Shown here piece after piece: positions 16,844 to 25,902 of a stretch of DNA of 64,000 bases. Every line of letters begins with the position of its first letter. Positions within the stretch are counted from its first letter, which is position 1. The notes below the pieces were generated by a model. That model saw nothing but the letters and a program-made list of their open reading frames with translations, did not search any database and was not told the origin of the DNA. Position numbers and translations under genes: made by a program. Source of the DNA: a bacterium (GTDB taxonomy: Bacteria > Zhuqueibacterota > Zhuqueibacteria > Zhuqueibacterales > Zhuqueibacteraceae); the NCBI GenBank assembly GCA_044869275.1, contig JBIOXB010000086.1:1-64000 (forward strand). The letters are read 5' to 3'.

Positions 16844-18937
16844 ATGGAAATAGTAAAGCAGCAGCAACGGTCGCAGCCGGGCAAACTCGTCGTGTTGGTC
16901 TACGCCACACATGATGCAGCCGGGGCGATTCGGACACCGATTGTCAATGCTGAGTTCACCGTATCCGCTGTCCAACCCGATAAATCGATTGCGGGCGTCA
17001 CTGGCACGGACGGCTCTTTCGCAACGGAACTGCCCACTGGGAATGGCTATAAAATAACCGGCGAAGTCTTTGGGCAGCCTTTCGAACAAGAAGCGATTGG
17101 GATCGAAGCCGGTTGCTCAACAGATGTGGAGTTCCCTATCTACATTGGGCTCTCTCTCAAATCGTACATCTTCAAAGAGGATTGCAGCCCTCCGATGGAG
17201 TGCACGAATATCACTTCGGGCAGAGTGGTGAAGCTGGTAGCGCAACATGCAATTCCTGAGGGGCGATTGGAGAGAAAAGCGGTTAGACTATCAATCTCCT
17301 CCAACGCCGGCATTGTGGAGAATTTTTCGGAGGGGGCAAACTCTGTCGAGGCTTTTTGGAACACAGCCGGCACGGAAGGACAAGTGGCGGTTGACGCAAA
17401 AATCAGTGAAGAAGGAAGCGCATTCACCGTTCTGAGAATGATTCTCAATATCCTTCGGCACCCTGTGACGGCCATCGGCGGGAACGTAACTGTCGGCATG
17501 CGCCGAACGGCTTTGCCGCCCACGAACGATCTTCTGCTCTGGGTAGTGATCAAAAAGAGCACGGATGCTCTCGCGTTCGAAAATTACAATCGCTTCATGG
17601 ACATCGTGCTGTGCGGCAAATCTCCTAGTGCCAGTGAAAGGGGCAGGATTGCCAATGCACAAAATACCTTCAATACCCTCGAGAACAAACGCTTTCTGCC
17701 CTACAATGACGTCGAAGCCTATCGTTTACTCAAAGCCGCAACCGAGGCTTTCGTGATGGTCAATTGTGGCGTCGGCCTAAAAGACTATAAAGGCCTATTC
17801 GACGAAGTTGACGTCGATGAAGTGATCAGTCGGGTCGGGATCAACCTCAATGTGGGTCAGCTTGGGAAGTTTTGGGAGGAGTACCTCGAAGACGTGAACG
17901 GCGAGAAAGATGCGACGCTGCCGTATCTCGCGCTCATTCGCGAGAAGCTCAAAGACTCTCCCATCAAACAAGCGATCTTTTCTAACGTTCTGCCGGTTTC
18001 TCTGCCGCAAGATTGCTTCGGCATCATTCGCGAAAAGCTCACCAATCCTTGCTTGCTCGAGCTGATTTGGTCGTATTGGCATGAAGAAGGCATGCTGGTG
18101 CAAACCATGAATTCCGTGGCCATGCGCTTCCAGAACATTCGCGCCAATACCAGCGGGCGCGACCCGCTTGCCAATTTGGAGATCGATCCGCTGCGGCCGC
18201 TGAACAACCTGTTCTGGGGTCACATTCAGGACGAGCAGCATCGCTTGAGCGTGACGCGCCGCGCATATGAGTATGATCATCATTACGGCATGTCACTTTA
18301 CGGCAAGGCGTTGTCGAACTTCCGTCCGGCGGACAGCCGCTCGCAGTTTTTGGAGTCATTTCACAATCTGCTGCACCTCGCCAACATCTTCTTCAAAGAA
18401 GATGATGACACCACGATGATCGCCGATGCATTTGCCGTGCTCAACGCACTCAAGGACGTTCACTTGGTGCTCTCCGAAGGCGCGCACAATCAGTTTGGCG
18501 ATTTGCCCTCGACGGCGCGCATGGAAATGATGATGCAGCAATGGCTGCTCGCGCGTCCGGAGTTCCGCGAGTTCCTGCCCACGCGCATCATGGTGGCGTA
18601 TCCCGAGCCGTGGATGGACCGCGTGGATGCCATGAAGAAGCTGCAAGGTTGGACGGATACTTCCATCCTGCACTTCCGCAATATGGCGATCTTCGGCGAG
18701 CAGATCGTGTTGTCCGTGCGCTATGGCAGTTGGAGCGAAGTCAACAATCCCGTGCAAGCGGCCAATTGGGCGCGTTTCTGGCGTGCGGAGATTCAGGGTT
18801 ACATTCACGCCTATCGCGCGGCGACGGCGGTCGATCTCACCTTGGACGTTCACGACGTGAAGGAAGCCGCGCAGCGGTATCTGCCGCCCTCGGTGCATTT
18901 GCGCAATCGCGTCTCACGACAAATGCAAAACGTTTGA
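16844..18937 (+). CDS. Large hypothetical protein (beta-rich N-terminus, helical C-terminal region)
   Basis: 697-aa ORF, RBS GAAGGAGA; N-terminus resembles carboxypeptidase-regulatory/Ig-like folds (TGTDGSF..ELPTG..Y); no signal peptide. Confidence 0.85.
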   Translation: MEIVKQQQRSQPGKLVVLVYATHDAAGAIRTPIVNAEFTVSAVQPDKSIAGVTGTDGSFATELPTGNGYKITGEVFGQPFEQEAIGIEAGCSTDVEFPIYIGLSLKSYIFKEDCSPPMECTNITSGRVVKLVAQHAIPEGRLERKAVRLSISSNAGIVENFSEGANSVEAFWNTAGTEGQVAVDAKISEEGSAFTVLRMILNILRHPVTAIGGNVTVGMRRTALPPTNDLLLWVVIKKSTDALAFENYNRFMDIVLCGKSPSASERGRIANAQNTFNTLENKRFLPYNDVEAYRLLKAATEAFVMVNCGVGLKDYKGLFDEVDVDEVISRVGINLNVGQLGKFWEEYLEDVNGEKDATLPYLALIREKLKDSPIKQAIFSNVLPVSLPQDCFGIIREKLTNPCLLELIWSYWHEEGMLVQTMNSVAMRFQNIRANTSGRDPLANLEIDPLRPLNNLFWGHIQDEQHRLSVTRRAYEYDHHYGMSLYGKALSNFRPADSRSQFLESFHNLLHLANIFFKEDDDTTMIADAFAVLNALKDVHLVLSEGAHNQFGDLPSTARMEMMMQQWLLARPEFREFLPTRIMVAYPEPWMDRVDAMKKLQGWTDTSILHFRNMAIFGEQIVLSVRYGSWSEVNNPVQAANWARFWRAEIQGYIHAYRAATAVDLTLDVHDVKEAAQRYLPPSVHLRNRVSRQMQNV

Positions 18938-18949
18938 AGCGGCTCGCCC

Positions 18950-20026
18950 GTGCTCGACTTCACCTCCGCGTTGTATCTGGGCATGCAACACGCGAGTCGC
19001 GCCTTGCGGCCTTGGCCCCAATTGACTACAGGATTGCCCGCGAGTTTAGCTGTGCCTTCGCTCGCGCGAAAGCTGGCGCAACAGTTGGCCGGGTTGCAAG
19101 GCTGTGAAAGCGCCACTCTTGCCGCTTCCACGCTGCATCTCGCTTGGGACGTGTTCGGCATGTTGGCGAAAGGCGCCATCGCGATTTACCTGGATGCCGG
19201 CGTTTATCCCATCGCGCGTTGGGGCGTGGAGCGAGCGGCAGCCGCCGGCGTGCCCGTGCGGAAGTTTGCGCATTATGAGGTGAAAGCTTTGCAACGGTAT
19301 TTGCTGCGTCATGCTTCTTCAAGGCGAATACCGGTGGTTGTAACCGACGGCCTCTGCCCCGAATGCGGTGAAGTCGCGCCGCTGGGAGCGTACCTGCAAT
19401 CCGTGCGAAGCCGACGCGGTTACGTGATTGTTGATGACACGCAGGCGCTCGGCATAGTCGGCGCTTCGCCTTCGCGTGCCGCACCGTATGGAAAGGGAGG
19501 AGGCGGTACGTTAAAATGGGCGGATCTTCTCAGTCCAAATATTTTGATGTTCAGCTCATTGGCAAAAGGTTTCGGCGTGCCGCTAGCGGTGCTGTCCGGC
19601 AGCGATGAAATGATTCGACGTTTCGAGCGCGAAAGTGAAACGCGCCGCCATTGCAGCCCGCCTTCGGTTGCCGCGCTACACGCCGCCGAGCTTGCGCTCG
19701 CGGAGAATGAAACAAACGGCGAGACCTTACGCGTGCATCTCGCGCAGCTCGTTCGACATTTTCATGCGCGACTCCATGCCGCAGGATTCTCCGTCAATGC
19801 GGGTTTATTCCCAATGCAGACTTTACAACCAAGTTATGGGATTGACGGGCGCGTGCTGCACGAACGCTTGCTGCGCAAAGGTGTGCGCACGCTTCTGCAA
19901 AGCGGGCGCAACAAGGGCGAGGCGAGAGTCAGCTTCATCCTCGGCGCGCGGCATCAGCTCAACGATATTGATCGCGCGGTGCAAGCGCTTTCTGAATGCG
20001 TGAAGGTCAATGGCAGAAAAATGTAA
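18950..20026 (+). CDS. PLP-dependent enzyme, class I/II fold, divergent BioF/alpha-oxoamine synthase-like
   Basis: LDFTSALYLG, VVTDG..G..APL, IVDDTQALG, SSLAKGFG (PLP lysine). Confidence 0.8.
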   Translation: MLDFTSALYLGMQHASRALRPWPQLTTGLPASLAVPSLARKLAQQLAGLQGCESATLAASTLHLAWDVFGMLAKGAIAIYLDAGVYPIARWGVERAAAAGVPVRKFAHYEVKALQRYLLRHASSRRIPVVVTDGLCPECGEVAPLGAYLQSVRSRRGYVIVDDTQALGIVGASPSRAAPYGKGGGGTLKWADLLSPNILMFSSLAKGFGVPLAVLSGSDEMIRRFERESETRRHCSPPSVAALHAAELALAENETNGETLRVHLAQLVRHFHARLHAAGFSVNAGLFPMQTLQPSYGIDGRVLHERLLRKGVRTLLQSGRNKGEARVSFILGARHQLNDIDRAVQALSECVKVNGRKM

Positions 20027-20128
20027 GACAGAAACATGGCGTTTGACCTCACACCAGAAAGCTGACGATGAGGGGATGAAGCCCTGCAAAGCGGGAGGAA
20101 ATTTTTCTGCCCTCCAGCTTTCTGTCTT
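20012..20128. repeat. 15-bp-period inverted repeat (GRCAGAAAAAT type)
   Basis: GGCAGAAAAAT..AAGACAGAAA ... ATTTTTCTGCC..TTTCTGTCTT; same family as 39166..39271. Confidence 0.7.
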
Positions 20129-20153
20129 TCGAATGTTTTTAGGAGAACCTGCC

Positions 20154-20873
20154 ATGTGGACCACAACCGACGGCTACGTTCTGCACCTGCCGCGCTCGGG
20201 ATTGATGAAGATTCTGGCGCGACTGCAAGACTCCGGATTGAATGAGTTGATCAAAGACAATCAAACGCATAATCTCACGCGTGAAGTCATCCACTCCGTG
20301 GGGCGGCTGGCGCAAAACGCGCGCCATAACGGGAACGTTCTGCATAACCAATCGCAGCAACGTTATGCGATGTTCACTTCGCCAACTGGTGGCGGCAAAT
20401 ATCAATTGCTCGCGCGCCCGCTGCGTATCGGCCATAGCGCAATTCTCTTTGTGCACTTCGAGCCGGAGAAAACGCCGCAAGGTTTCGCCATCGGAGAAGA
20501 GGTTAAAGTTCTGCTTACGCGCAAGCCGCGTTTTCATCCCAACGTGCTCAAAAGCACGGAAGCATTGCAGCGCGAAGCTCGCAAGATATTTTTCCGTGCC
20601 CATCCACGTCTCACCGGCAAAGTCGAAGTGTGGCATCGTGTGCCGCTCGAATGGCGGCGGCACTTTCCGAAAATGAATCCCAATCGTTTGAGCAATCTTA
20701 TTGCGCTGCAAACCAAAGCGCAGCACAGTAACGTGGCAAACATGTGGATAAATTTTCGGGAACGTTTGCAGCGCCGTGAGCATGCACCGGCGCCGAAAGA
20801 GATTATGCGATTCGTGCGCGTGGTGGATCGCGTGTTGTTCATTCCACCGGCGGTGAAAATACGCCGGCAATAA
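20154..20873 (+). CDS. Hypothetical protein with possible C-terminal HNH-like (His-Me finger) domain
   Basis: RBS AGGAGA; FFRAHPRLTGKVEVWHRVP...LSNLIAL...QHSNVANMW pattern; very basic. Confidence 0.55.
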   Translation: MWTTTDGYVLHLPRSGLMKILARLQDSGLNELIKDNQTHNLTREVIHSVGRLAQNARHNGNVLHNQSQQRYAMFTSPTGGGKYQLLARPLRIGHSAILFVHFEPEKTPQGFAIGEEVKVLLTRKPRFHPNVLKSTEALQREARKIFFRAHPRLTGKVEVWHRVPLEWRRHFPKMNPNRLSNLIALQTKAQHSNVANMWINFRERLQRREHAPAPKEIMRFVRVVDRVLFIPPAVKIRRQ

Positions 20874-20888
20874 CAAAACGGAGTTCTT

Positions 20889-23708
20889 ATGAAGAGGCCA
20901 TACACCGCAAACATTTTTGAAAACATTGCTGAGCTTGATTTTGAGGTGGACGGCTTTGAAATCGAAAGCGCCGAGACCTGGCAAGGCGAAGTCAATCGCA
21001 AAAGCCGAGATCATATTCCCTGGGTGCAGAGCGCGTTGAATCGGGAGAACTTCGATGATGAAGAGCTCTTCTCGCTCGATATCTCGGGCGGGCTGCGGGA
21101 CGAGTCGCCATTTCCTGAACCCGAGTCCGCGGATTGGGAATATGAGTCTGCTCTCGATGTGTTGTCTCCCTCTGAACTAAAAGCAGTAAGGATCACCAGT
21201 ACATTTGAGACTGGTCGTGCCGGTGGGTTTGGCGGGCTCACTGGAAATTTTGATGGACAAGGTTTGTCCTTCGGGCTTCTCAATTTCACTATTAAAGCGG
21301 GCAGCCTCATACCTCTCCTCCAGGAGTTCATCAACAAATATCCCGCCCGCTATTCGAGTGCCTTCGGGAAAGATGCTGCGCGCTTCAAAGAGATGGTGTT
21401 TACCACCAAGCCGGACCCAAAGAATCCGAAGCGCCGTATTCGCGACGTAGAACGACAAATGGCGTTTGTAAACCAGATGAACGCCATTCCAAAGAAGGCA
21501 AAGGGCAACAGGATCATCGAGCCCTGGAAGACCTATTTCGGCCGGCTCGAGAACGATCCTGAATTCCAAAAAATTCAGGTTAAGGCCGTCCGAGGAGCGC
21601 TGGATCGCGCGCGCTACTGGTACAACTATTTCGATTTCAAGACGGAACGCGGCTTTGCCTTCATGTTCGACCTTGTCTCGTCAGCCGGCGGAGCCTGGCT
21701 GAATGCAGCGAAATTCAAGGGAAAACGCAGAGAGCTTCTCCGGAAGATGTTGGCTGACAAAAAGACACGGCTGGGCCGAGGTACGCTCACCGAGCTCGAG
21801 AAAATGGAAGTTATCGCGAACATGATTGCGGATGTCTCTTTGGAAGAGTGGCGAGAAAAGGCGCGCGTGCGCAAATTGTGGTTTGTTCGCGGCAGTGGAA
21901 AGGTCCACGGGAGATTTTTCGATATCAAGAAAGATTTTGGCGTTACAGATGACCCGCCGGTTTTCGGCGCGGGCGCATCCCCCCGCCCCAGCGCATCTGA
22001 ACTTGCAGGGGACTGGGGCTATCCTTCCGGCTTCGCATGGCCGGGCGAAATGGAATTCGAGACGGCGCGACCGCAGAAACGCAAAAACCCGGGAACGGAC
22101 TGCGGCAGCTCGGGTGCGCCGGCTGCGTTGGTATCACAACCCGGAGGCCGCTGCATTGGACCAACGCCACCGGTCTGTCCCTCTGTTACAGGTATTCTCT
22201 CGCTGCAAAGCATCGGCAACATTCCGTTTGAATACATCGTGCGTGTAGGGAAGAACAGATCCACAAATCTTATGGTCGTTACGCAACGGCTTCGTCCCCG
22301 CACGCAAAGGTTTTTGCCGTCGGTCCGAACGGCCTTGACGCGGTTTGTCGACAATATGAACCGCTTCGGCATGCCGATCGAAGCGATTTTGACTGCCGGC
22401 TCCTACTGTTGCAGGTGTATCAGCAAAACAAACTCACTCAGCAACCACTCTCACGGCGATGCTTTCGATCTGGTGGGAGTCCGTTGGACTGGGGGGGGCG
22501 AGACCATCGCTCACAATTGGAACACAGCCGAACGAGCTTTGCTCCGCCGAATTAACGCTTGCCTGCGTTTGTCGTTTCCCACCGTGATCGATTACCACCG
22601 CGCGGATCACCGCGACCACTTCCACTGCGATATGAATCGCGGTAATTCACGTAATACACGCAATATACGCCGACCAGATACGCTGCGTTTCACGCAAGAA
22701 GCACTGAGCCTTGTTCTGGGCCGCACTGTGCCTGTGACTGGAAAGCTTGATGCGGCAACACAACGCGCGTTGATCGAATTCGGCGGCACGAATGCTGACG
22801 CGCTGGGAAATTCCGCACAACTCAACGAGATACTCGATCGGCTTTTCACCATTGTCGCGGCGCCTCCCGCCGGAGTGCCACGTGCTGAAGAAGAACTGAA
22901 CTATGAAAGGAGCGCCCCGACGGGCCGGCCCGTCGTCAAAGGCGGTTTGCGTACCAGCCGTGGCAATGAGCCTCCAGGCCTGACGTTGTACGAACAAATT
23001 CCGCTAGGTCAGGAGTCGCCGGCGAAACCGAAGACGGGCATCTTTGTTCCCGTTGGCTTCCGGCCGCAGTCGCAAGTCGACTTGATTATCTATCTGCACG
23101 GGATGAAGGCGCCAAGTGGACTCTCCACGTCGGCGACGATCGACGTGTACTGGTCACGACGCTATCCTTTCCTGCTTCGCGAGGGAGTGAACCAGAGCGG
23201 CAAGAACGTAGTCCTCGTGGCGCCAACTCTGGGTCCTGCATCGCAGGCCGGCAGACTCACGGACCCGGGCGGCTTCGACTGGTACGTGGACCAGGTGATG
23301 AGAGTACTCGCAGAGCGCGGACCCTACCAACAAGCAAGTCAACCACCGCAGGTTGGAAATATTGTTCTCGCGTGCCATTCGGCGGGAGGAAAAATCATGC
23401 GGCTTCTGGCGCTAGGGCAGCATCGCTATTCGAACAGGATTCGCGAGTGTTGGGGATTTGATTGCCTGTACAATTCTCGTGACCCGGAAGTCTGGAGACA
23501 ATGGGCCATCTCCCACCCAAACGTTGGGCTTTTCATCTACTATCTTGGCTCAACCGAAGGTCATTCAAAGAACCTGCAAGGAATAGGAAAACCGCCAGTT
23601 CCGCCCCCGGACAACGTTAAGGTGGAGAAATCCAACGCCCGCTACCATAACCTGGTGCCGATGGCCCACTGGGTCGATCGAATCAGGCGGGCGCCATTCT
23701 TGAAATGA
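20889..23708 (+). CDS. Multidomain protein: acidic leader, lysozyme/chitosanase-like domain, extensin-C/M15-like peptidase, PG-binding-like domain, alpha/beta hydrolase-like domain
   Basis: ITSTFETG...GNFDGQGLSFGLLNF; GSYCCR...SNHSHGDAFD...HRDHFHCD; TQEALSLVLG...VTGKLDAATQRALIEF; IYLHG...CHSAGG...WGFDCLY. Confidence 0.7.
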   Translation: MKRPYTANIFENIAELDFEVDGFEIESAETWQGEVNRKSRDHIPWVQSALNRENFDDEELFSLDISGGLRDESPFPEPESADWEYESALDVLSPSELKAVRITSTFETGRAGGFGGLTGNFDGQGLSFGLLNFTIKAGSLIPLLQEFINKYPARYSSAFGKDAARFKEMVFTTKPDPKNPKRRIRDVERQMAFVNQMNAIPKKAKGNRIIEPWKTYFGRLENDPEFQKIQVKAVRGALDRARYWYNYFDFKTERGFAFMFDLVSSAGGAWLNAAKFKGKRRELLRKMLADKKTRLGRGTLTELEKMEVIANMIADVSLEEWREKARVRKLWFVRGSGKVHGRFFDIKKDFGVTDDPPVFGAGASPRPSASELAGDWGYPSGFAWPGEMEFETARPQKRKNPGTDCGSSGAPAALVSQPGGRCIGPTPPVCPSVTGILSLQSIGNIPFEYIVRVGKNRSTNLMVVTQRLRPRTQRFLPSVRTALTRFVDNMNRFGMPIEAILTAGSYCCRCISKTNSLSNHSHGDAFDLVGVRWTGGGETIAHNWNTAERALLRRINACLRLSFPTVIDYHRADHRDHFHCDMNRGNSRNTRNIRRPDTLRFTQEALSLVLGRTVPVTGKLDAATQRALIEFGGTNADALGNSAQLNEILDRLFTIVAAPPAGVPRAEEELNYERSAPTGRPVVKGGLRTSRGNEPPGLTLYEQIPLGQESPAKPKTGIFVPVGFRPQSQVDLIIYLHGMKAPSGLSTSATIDVYWSRRYPFLLREGVNQSGKNVVLVAPTLGPASQAGRLTDPGGFDWYVDQVMRVLAERGPYQQASQPPQVGNIVLACHSAGGKIMRLLALGQHRYSNRIRECWGFDCLYNSRDPEVWRQWAISHPNVGLFIYYLGSTEGHSKNLQGIGKPPVPPPDNVKVEKSNARYHNLVPMAHWVDRIRRAPFLK

Positions 23709-23721
23709 GTGCCTTAGCTTC

Positions 23722-23790
23722 ATGAAATGGGAATTTCAATTCAGGCCGGAGCCGTTTCCCTATCCTGTCCACTTTTTGCCACCAACATGA
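23722..23790 (+). other. 22-codon ORF resembling an isolated cargo leader (remnant or small peptide)
   Basis: MKWEFQFRPEPFPYPVHFLPPT*; compare MRRQFEFEAEPF (25903) and RFTSHFEPF (27271). Confidence 0.4.
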
Positions 23791-23845
23791 CTTTGACAAG
23801 AATACTGAACCGTATCCCCAAGCACTCGTCAAGAGGAATACCATC

Positions 23846-24685
23846 ATGAATGACGAATTAGACGGCTATGAAATGTCAGACTTCGAAGATTTCGAGTTCG
23901 AAGACGAAGATGAATTTGAAGATTCCGAATTTCGTTCGCGCGGCGCAATGCCGATGCGAAGGCGCGTGCCCATGGCAGCGCGGCCGCGAATGACGCGTGC
24001 CGGTATGCGCCAACGAATGCGCCCCGGCGTGCAAAGGAGAACTCCAGGCTTGCGGTCGAGACGTATGAGAATGCTAGGCCGCCCACGAATGCGACGTCCG
24101 GGTTTGCGGCCACGCCCGCCATTGTCACGTCCTGCTTTCCGACCGGGGCCTCGTCCCGTCCCGGCAAGAGTTGTAGCAGCTAGGCCCACGCCGCTAGTCG
24201 TATCTTCAGCACAGCCGGGCCGCGTGCGATATTATGGCTATGGTTATCCGTATTATGCTATTCCATACGCATTTCCGTATTCCTATCCGCCCAGCAACGG
24301 TCATGATGATGGCACAGGTGCCGGCGCAGCTCTCGATCCCAATGTCTTGGTAGACATGGGCGCAGAACCCGGTGCAGACTCCTCGCCGGATACGGGCGCG
24401 GATTTTCCTCCCGATGGTGGAGCAGTGCAGGAACCGGCGCCGGGAGTTGACATGGGTTCGGAGCCCGGCACGGACTCGGCCGCAGATGCGAGCGCGGACT
24501 TCGCGCCGGATGACGGCGCAGGCGTGAGCGCTGATAGTGAAGCGGACGCGGGCGGCGGAGCAACCGCTCCAGATCGAAGAGATCACAGCGGGCGCAAAGC
24601 CGGCTATCGTCTCGGTTATCAACGCGGCTTCAGAGCCGGCTACGCTGCTCGACGCAGGCCATGTCGATGTGGACGTCAAAATTGA
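23846..24685 (+). CDS. Low-complexity block-charged hypothetical protein
   Basis: RBS GAGGA; E/D/F leader, R/P/M-rich block, Y/P block, two 32-aa acidic repeats (96-bp period at about 24350 and 24446), basic tail. Confidence 0.75.
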   Translation: MNDELDGYEMSDFEDFEFEDEDEFEDSEFRSRGAMPMRRRVPMAARPRMTRAGMRQRMRPGVQRRTPGLRSRRMRMLGRPRMRRPGLRPRPPLSRPAFRPGPRPVPARVVAARPTPLVVSSAQPGRVRYYGYGYPYYAIPYAFPYSYPPSNGHDDGTGAGAALDPNVLVDMGAEPGADSSPDTGADFPPDGGAVQEPAPGVDMGSEPGTDSAADASADFAPDDGAGVSADSEADAGGGATAPDRRDHSGRKAGYRLGYQRGFRAGYAARRRPCRCGRQN

Positions 24686-24772
24686 TTTCGTTTAACGTCA
24701 TCGGAGCAGACGAGAAAGCGTTTAAGTTGTTCGATTCCGAGTTGAATGATTGGAAAACAGTGAGGTCCAGCT

Positions 24773-25873
24773 ATGCCATCTTATAACGCTCAGACGACGC
24801 CAAACGGCAGTGTCACCAATGGTCATATCCGCGAGCATTGTTCCGCACACCGAGACCAGATTACTACTATCGGGCGAAATCAAGGTCAGCAAGTTCGCGT
24901 AAAAAGATTTACTCCGGACGGGGTCACGCTGCTGGATCTTGCACTCTACACCGTCATCGATCTGCACGATGAGGCGCCGGAGGTTGTCTTAGTGGGCTTC
25001 GGAGAACCTCAAGATCTGCAAGATCGCCTGGGGCTGTCCGGCACCGGCACGTTTACGGGTAAGATTGATTCTGAAGTCCCGCATCCTACCTTCACGGATA
25101 CCGAGGCGAAGAACAACAGCGAGTTCGTCGAACGCCTGACTGACAATGGCCGCCACCGGGGATTGATTGCCATTGCTCCGCACGGCGGCAATATCGAGCC
25201 ACACACCGACATGCAAGCAGAGCGCGTTCGCGAGAGGCTCGCGTCCAAGTGTGTTTCCGCGTGGTTTTGCAAGGGCTTTAAAAAAAATGGCGGCGCCTTT
25301 GATCGTTGGCACATCACCTCAACGGATATCAGCGAGGAGTCATTCCCCAAGCTGAAAACGGTGATCGGGCGCCACTTCCAATACGCAGTCGCATTCCATG
25401 GCTGGAATGAGGCTACCATCTGTATCGGTGGATCAGCGCCACGCGAGTTGAAGCAGCAAATCAAAACGAAAATCGTGAGCGCCCTCTCGGGTTCGGGAAT
25501 TGCCGTGGCCACCGATGATGAGGGAACGTGTCCCGATGGCTTCACCGGCACTGACCCGAAGAACATTGTGAACCGCCTTGGCACAAACGGCGTTCAGATT
25601 GAACAATCGATCAAGGCTCGCACCGACTACCGTATTCAAATTGCCGATGCGGTCGCCGATGTCATCGGTCCCAAGATCAGGGTTTGTACGGCGCCGGTGT
25701 TTAAGGGTTCTAGCGCCTGGGCATGCTTCTTCAAGAGCCTCGGTTACAGTGTGCTAGTGATGATGTTGATTCCGCTGGCTTGGGTATCTTCTACCAAATG
25801 CGAAATCAATCGCCTGCTGTTCCGCAGGAGGAACTGCCACAAGGGAAACACCGGTCCCTGCATCGAGTTATGA
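24773..25873 (+). CDS. Poly-gamma-glutamate hydrolase family protein (PghP/YjqB, DUF867-like)
   Basis: IAPHGGNIEPHT, WHITST, AVAFHG, NIVNRL..NGVQIEQS; RBS GAGG. Confidence 0.8.
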   Translation: MPSYNAQTTPNGSVTNGHIREHCSAHRDQITTIGRNQGQQVRVKRFTPDGVTLLDLALYTVIDLHDEAPEVVLVGFGEPQDLQDRLGLSGTGTFTGKIDSEVPHPTFTDTEAKNNSEFVERLTDNGRHRGLIAIAPHGGNIEPHTDMQAERVRERLASKCVSAWFCKGFKKNGGAFDRWHITSTDISEESFPKLKTVIGRHFQYAVAFHGWNEATICIGGSAPRELKQQIKTKIVSALSGSGIAVATDDEGTCPDGFTGTDPKNIVNRLGTNGVQIEQSIKARTDYRIQIADAVADVIGPKIRVCTAPVFKGSSAWACFFKSLGYSVLVMMLIPLAWVSSTKCEINRLLFRRRNCHKGNTGPCIEL

Positions 25874-25902
25874 TGTCGGAGTGAATTTAAGAGGAGCAAA
25901 TC

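Noticed and set aside
18950..20026. Calling this gene bioF
   Set aside because: Signature His replaced, N-terminal arm missing, no biotin pathway context
20010..20153. N-terminal extension of the ORF-track protein 20010..20873
   Set aside because: It runs through a non-coding inverted repeat; the RBS AGGAGA supports a start at 20154
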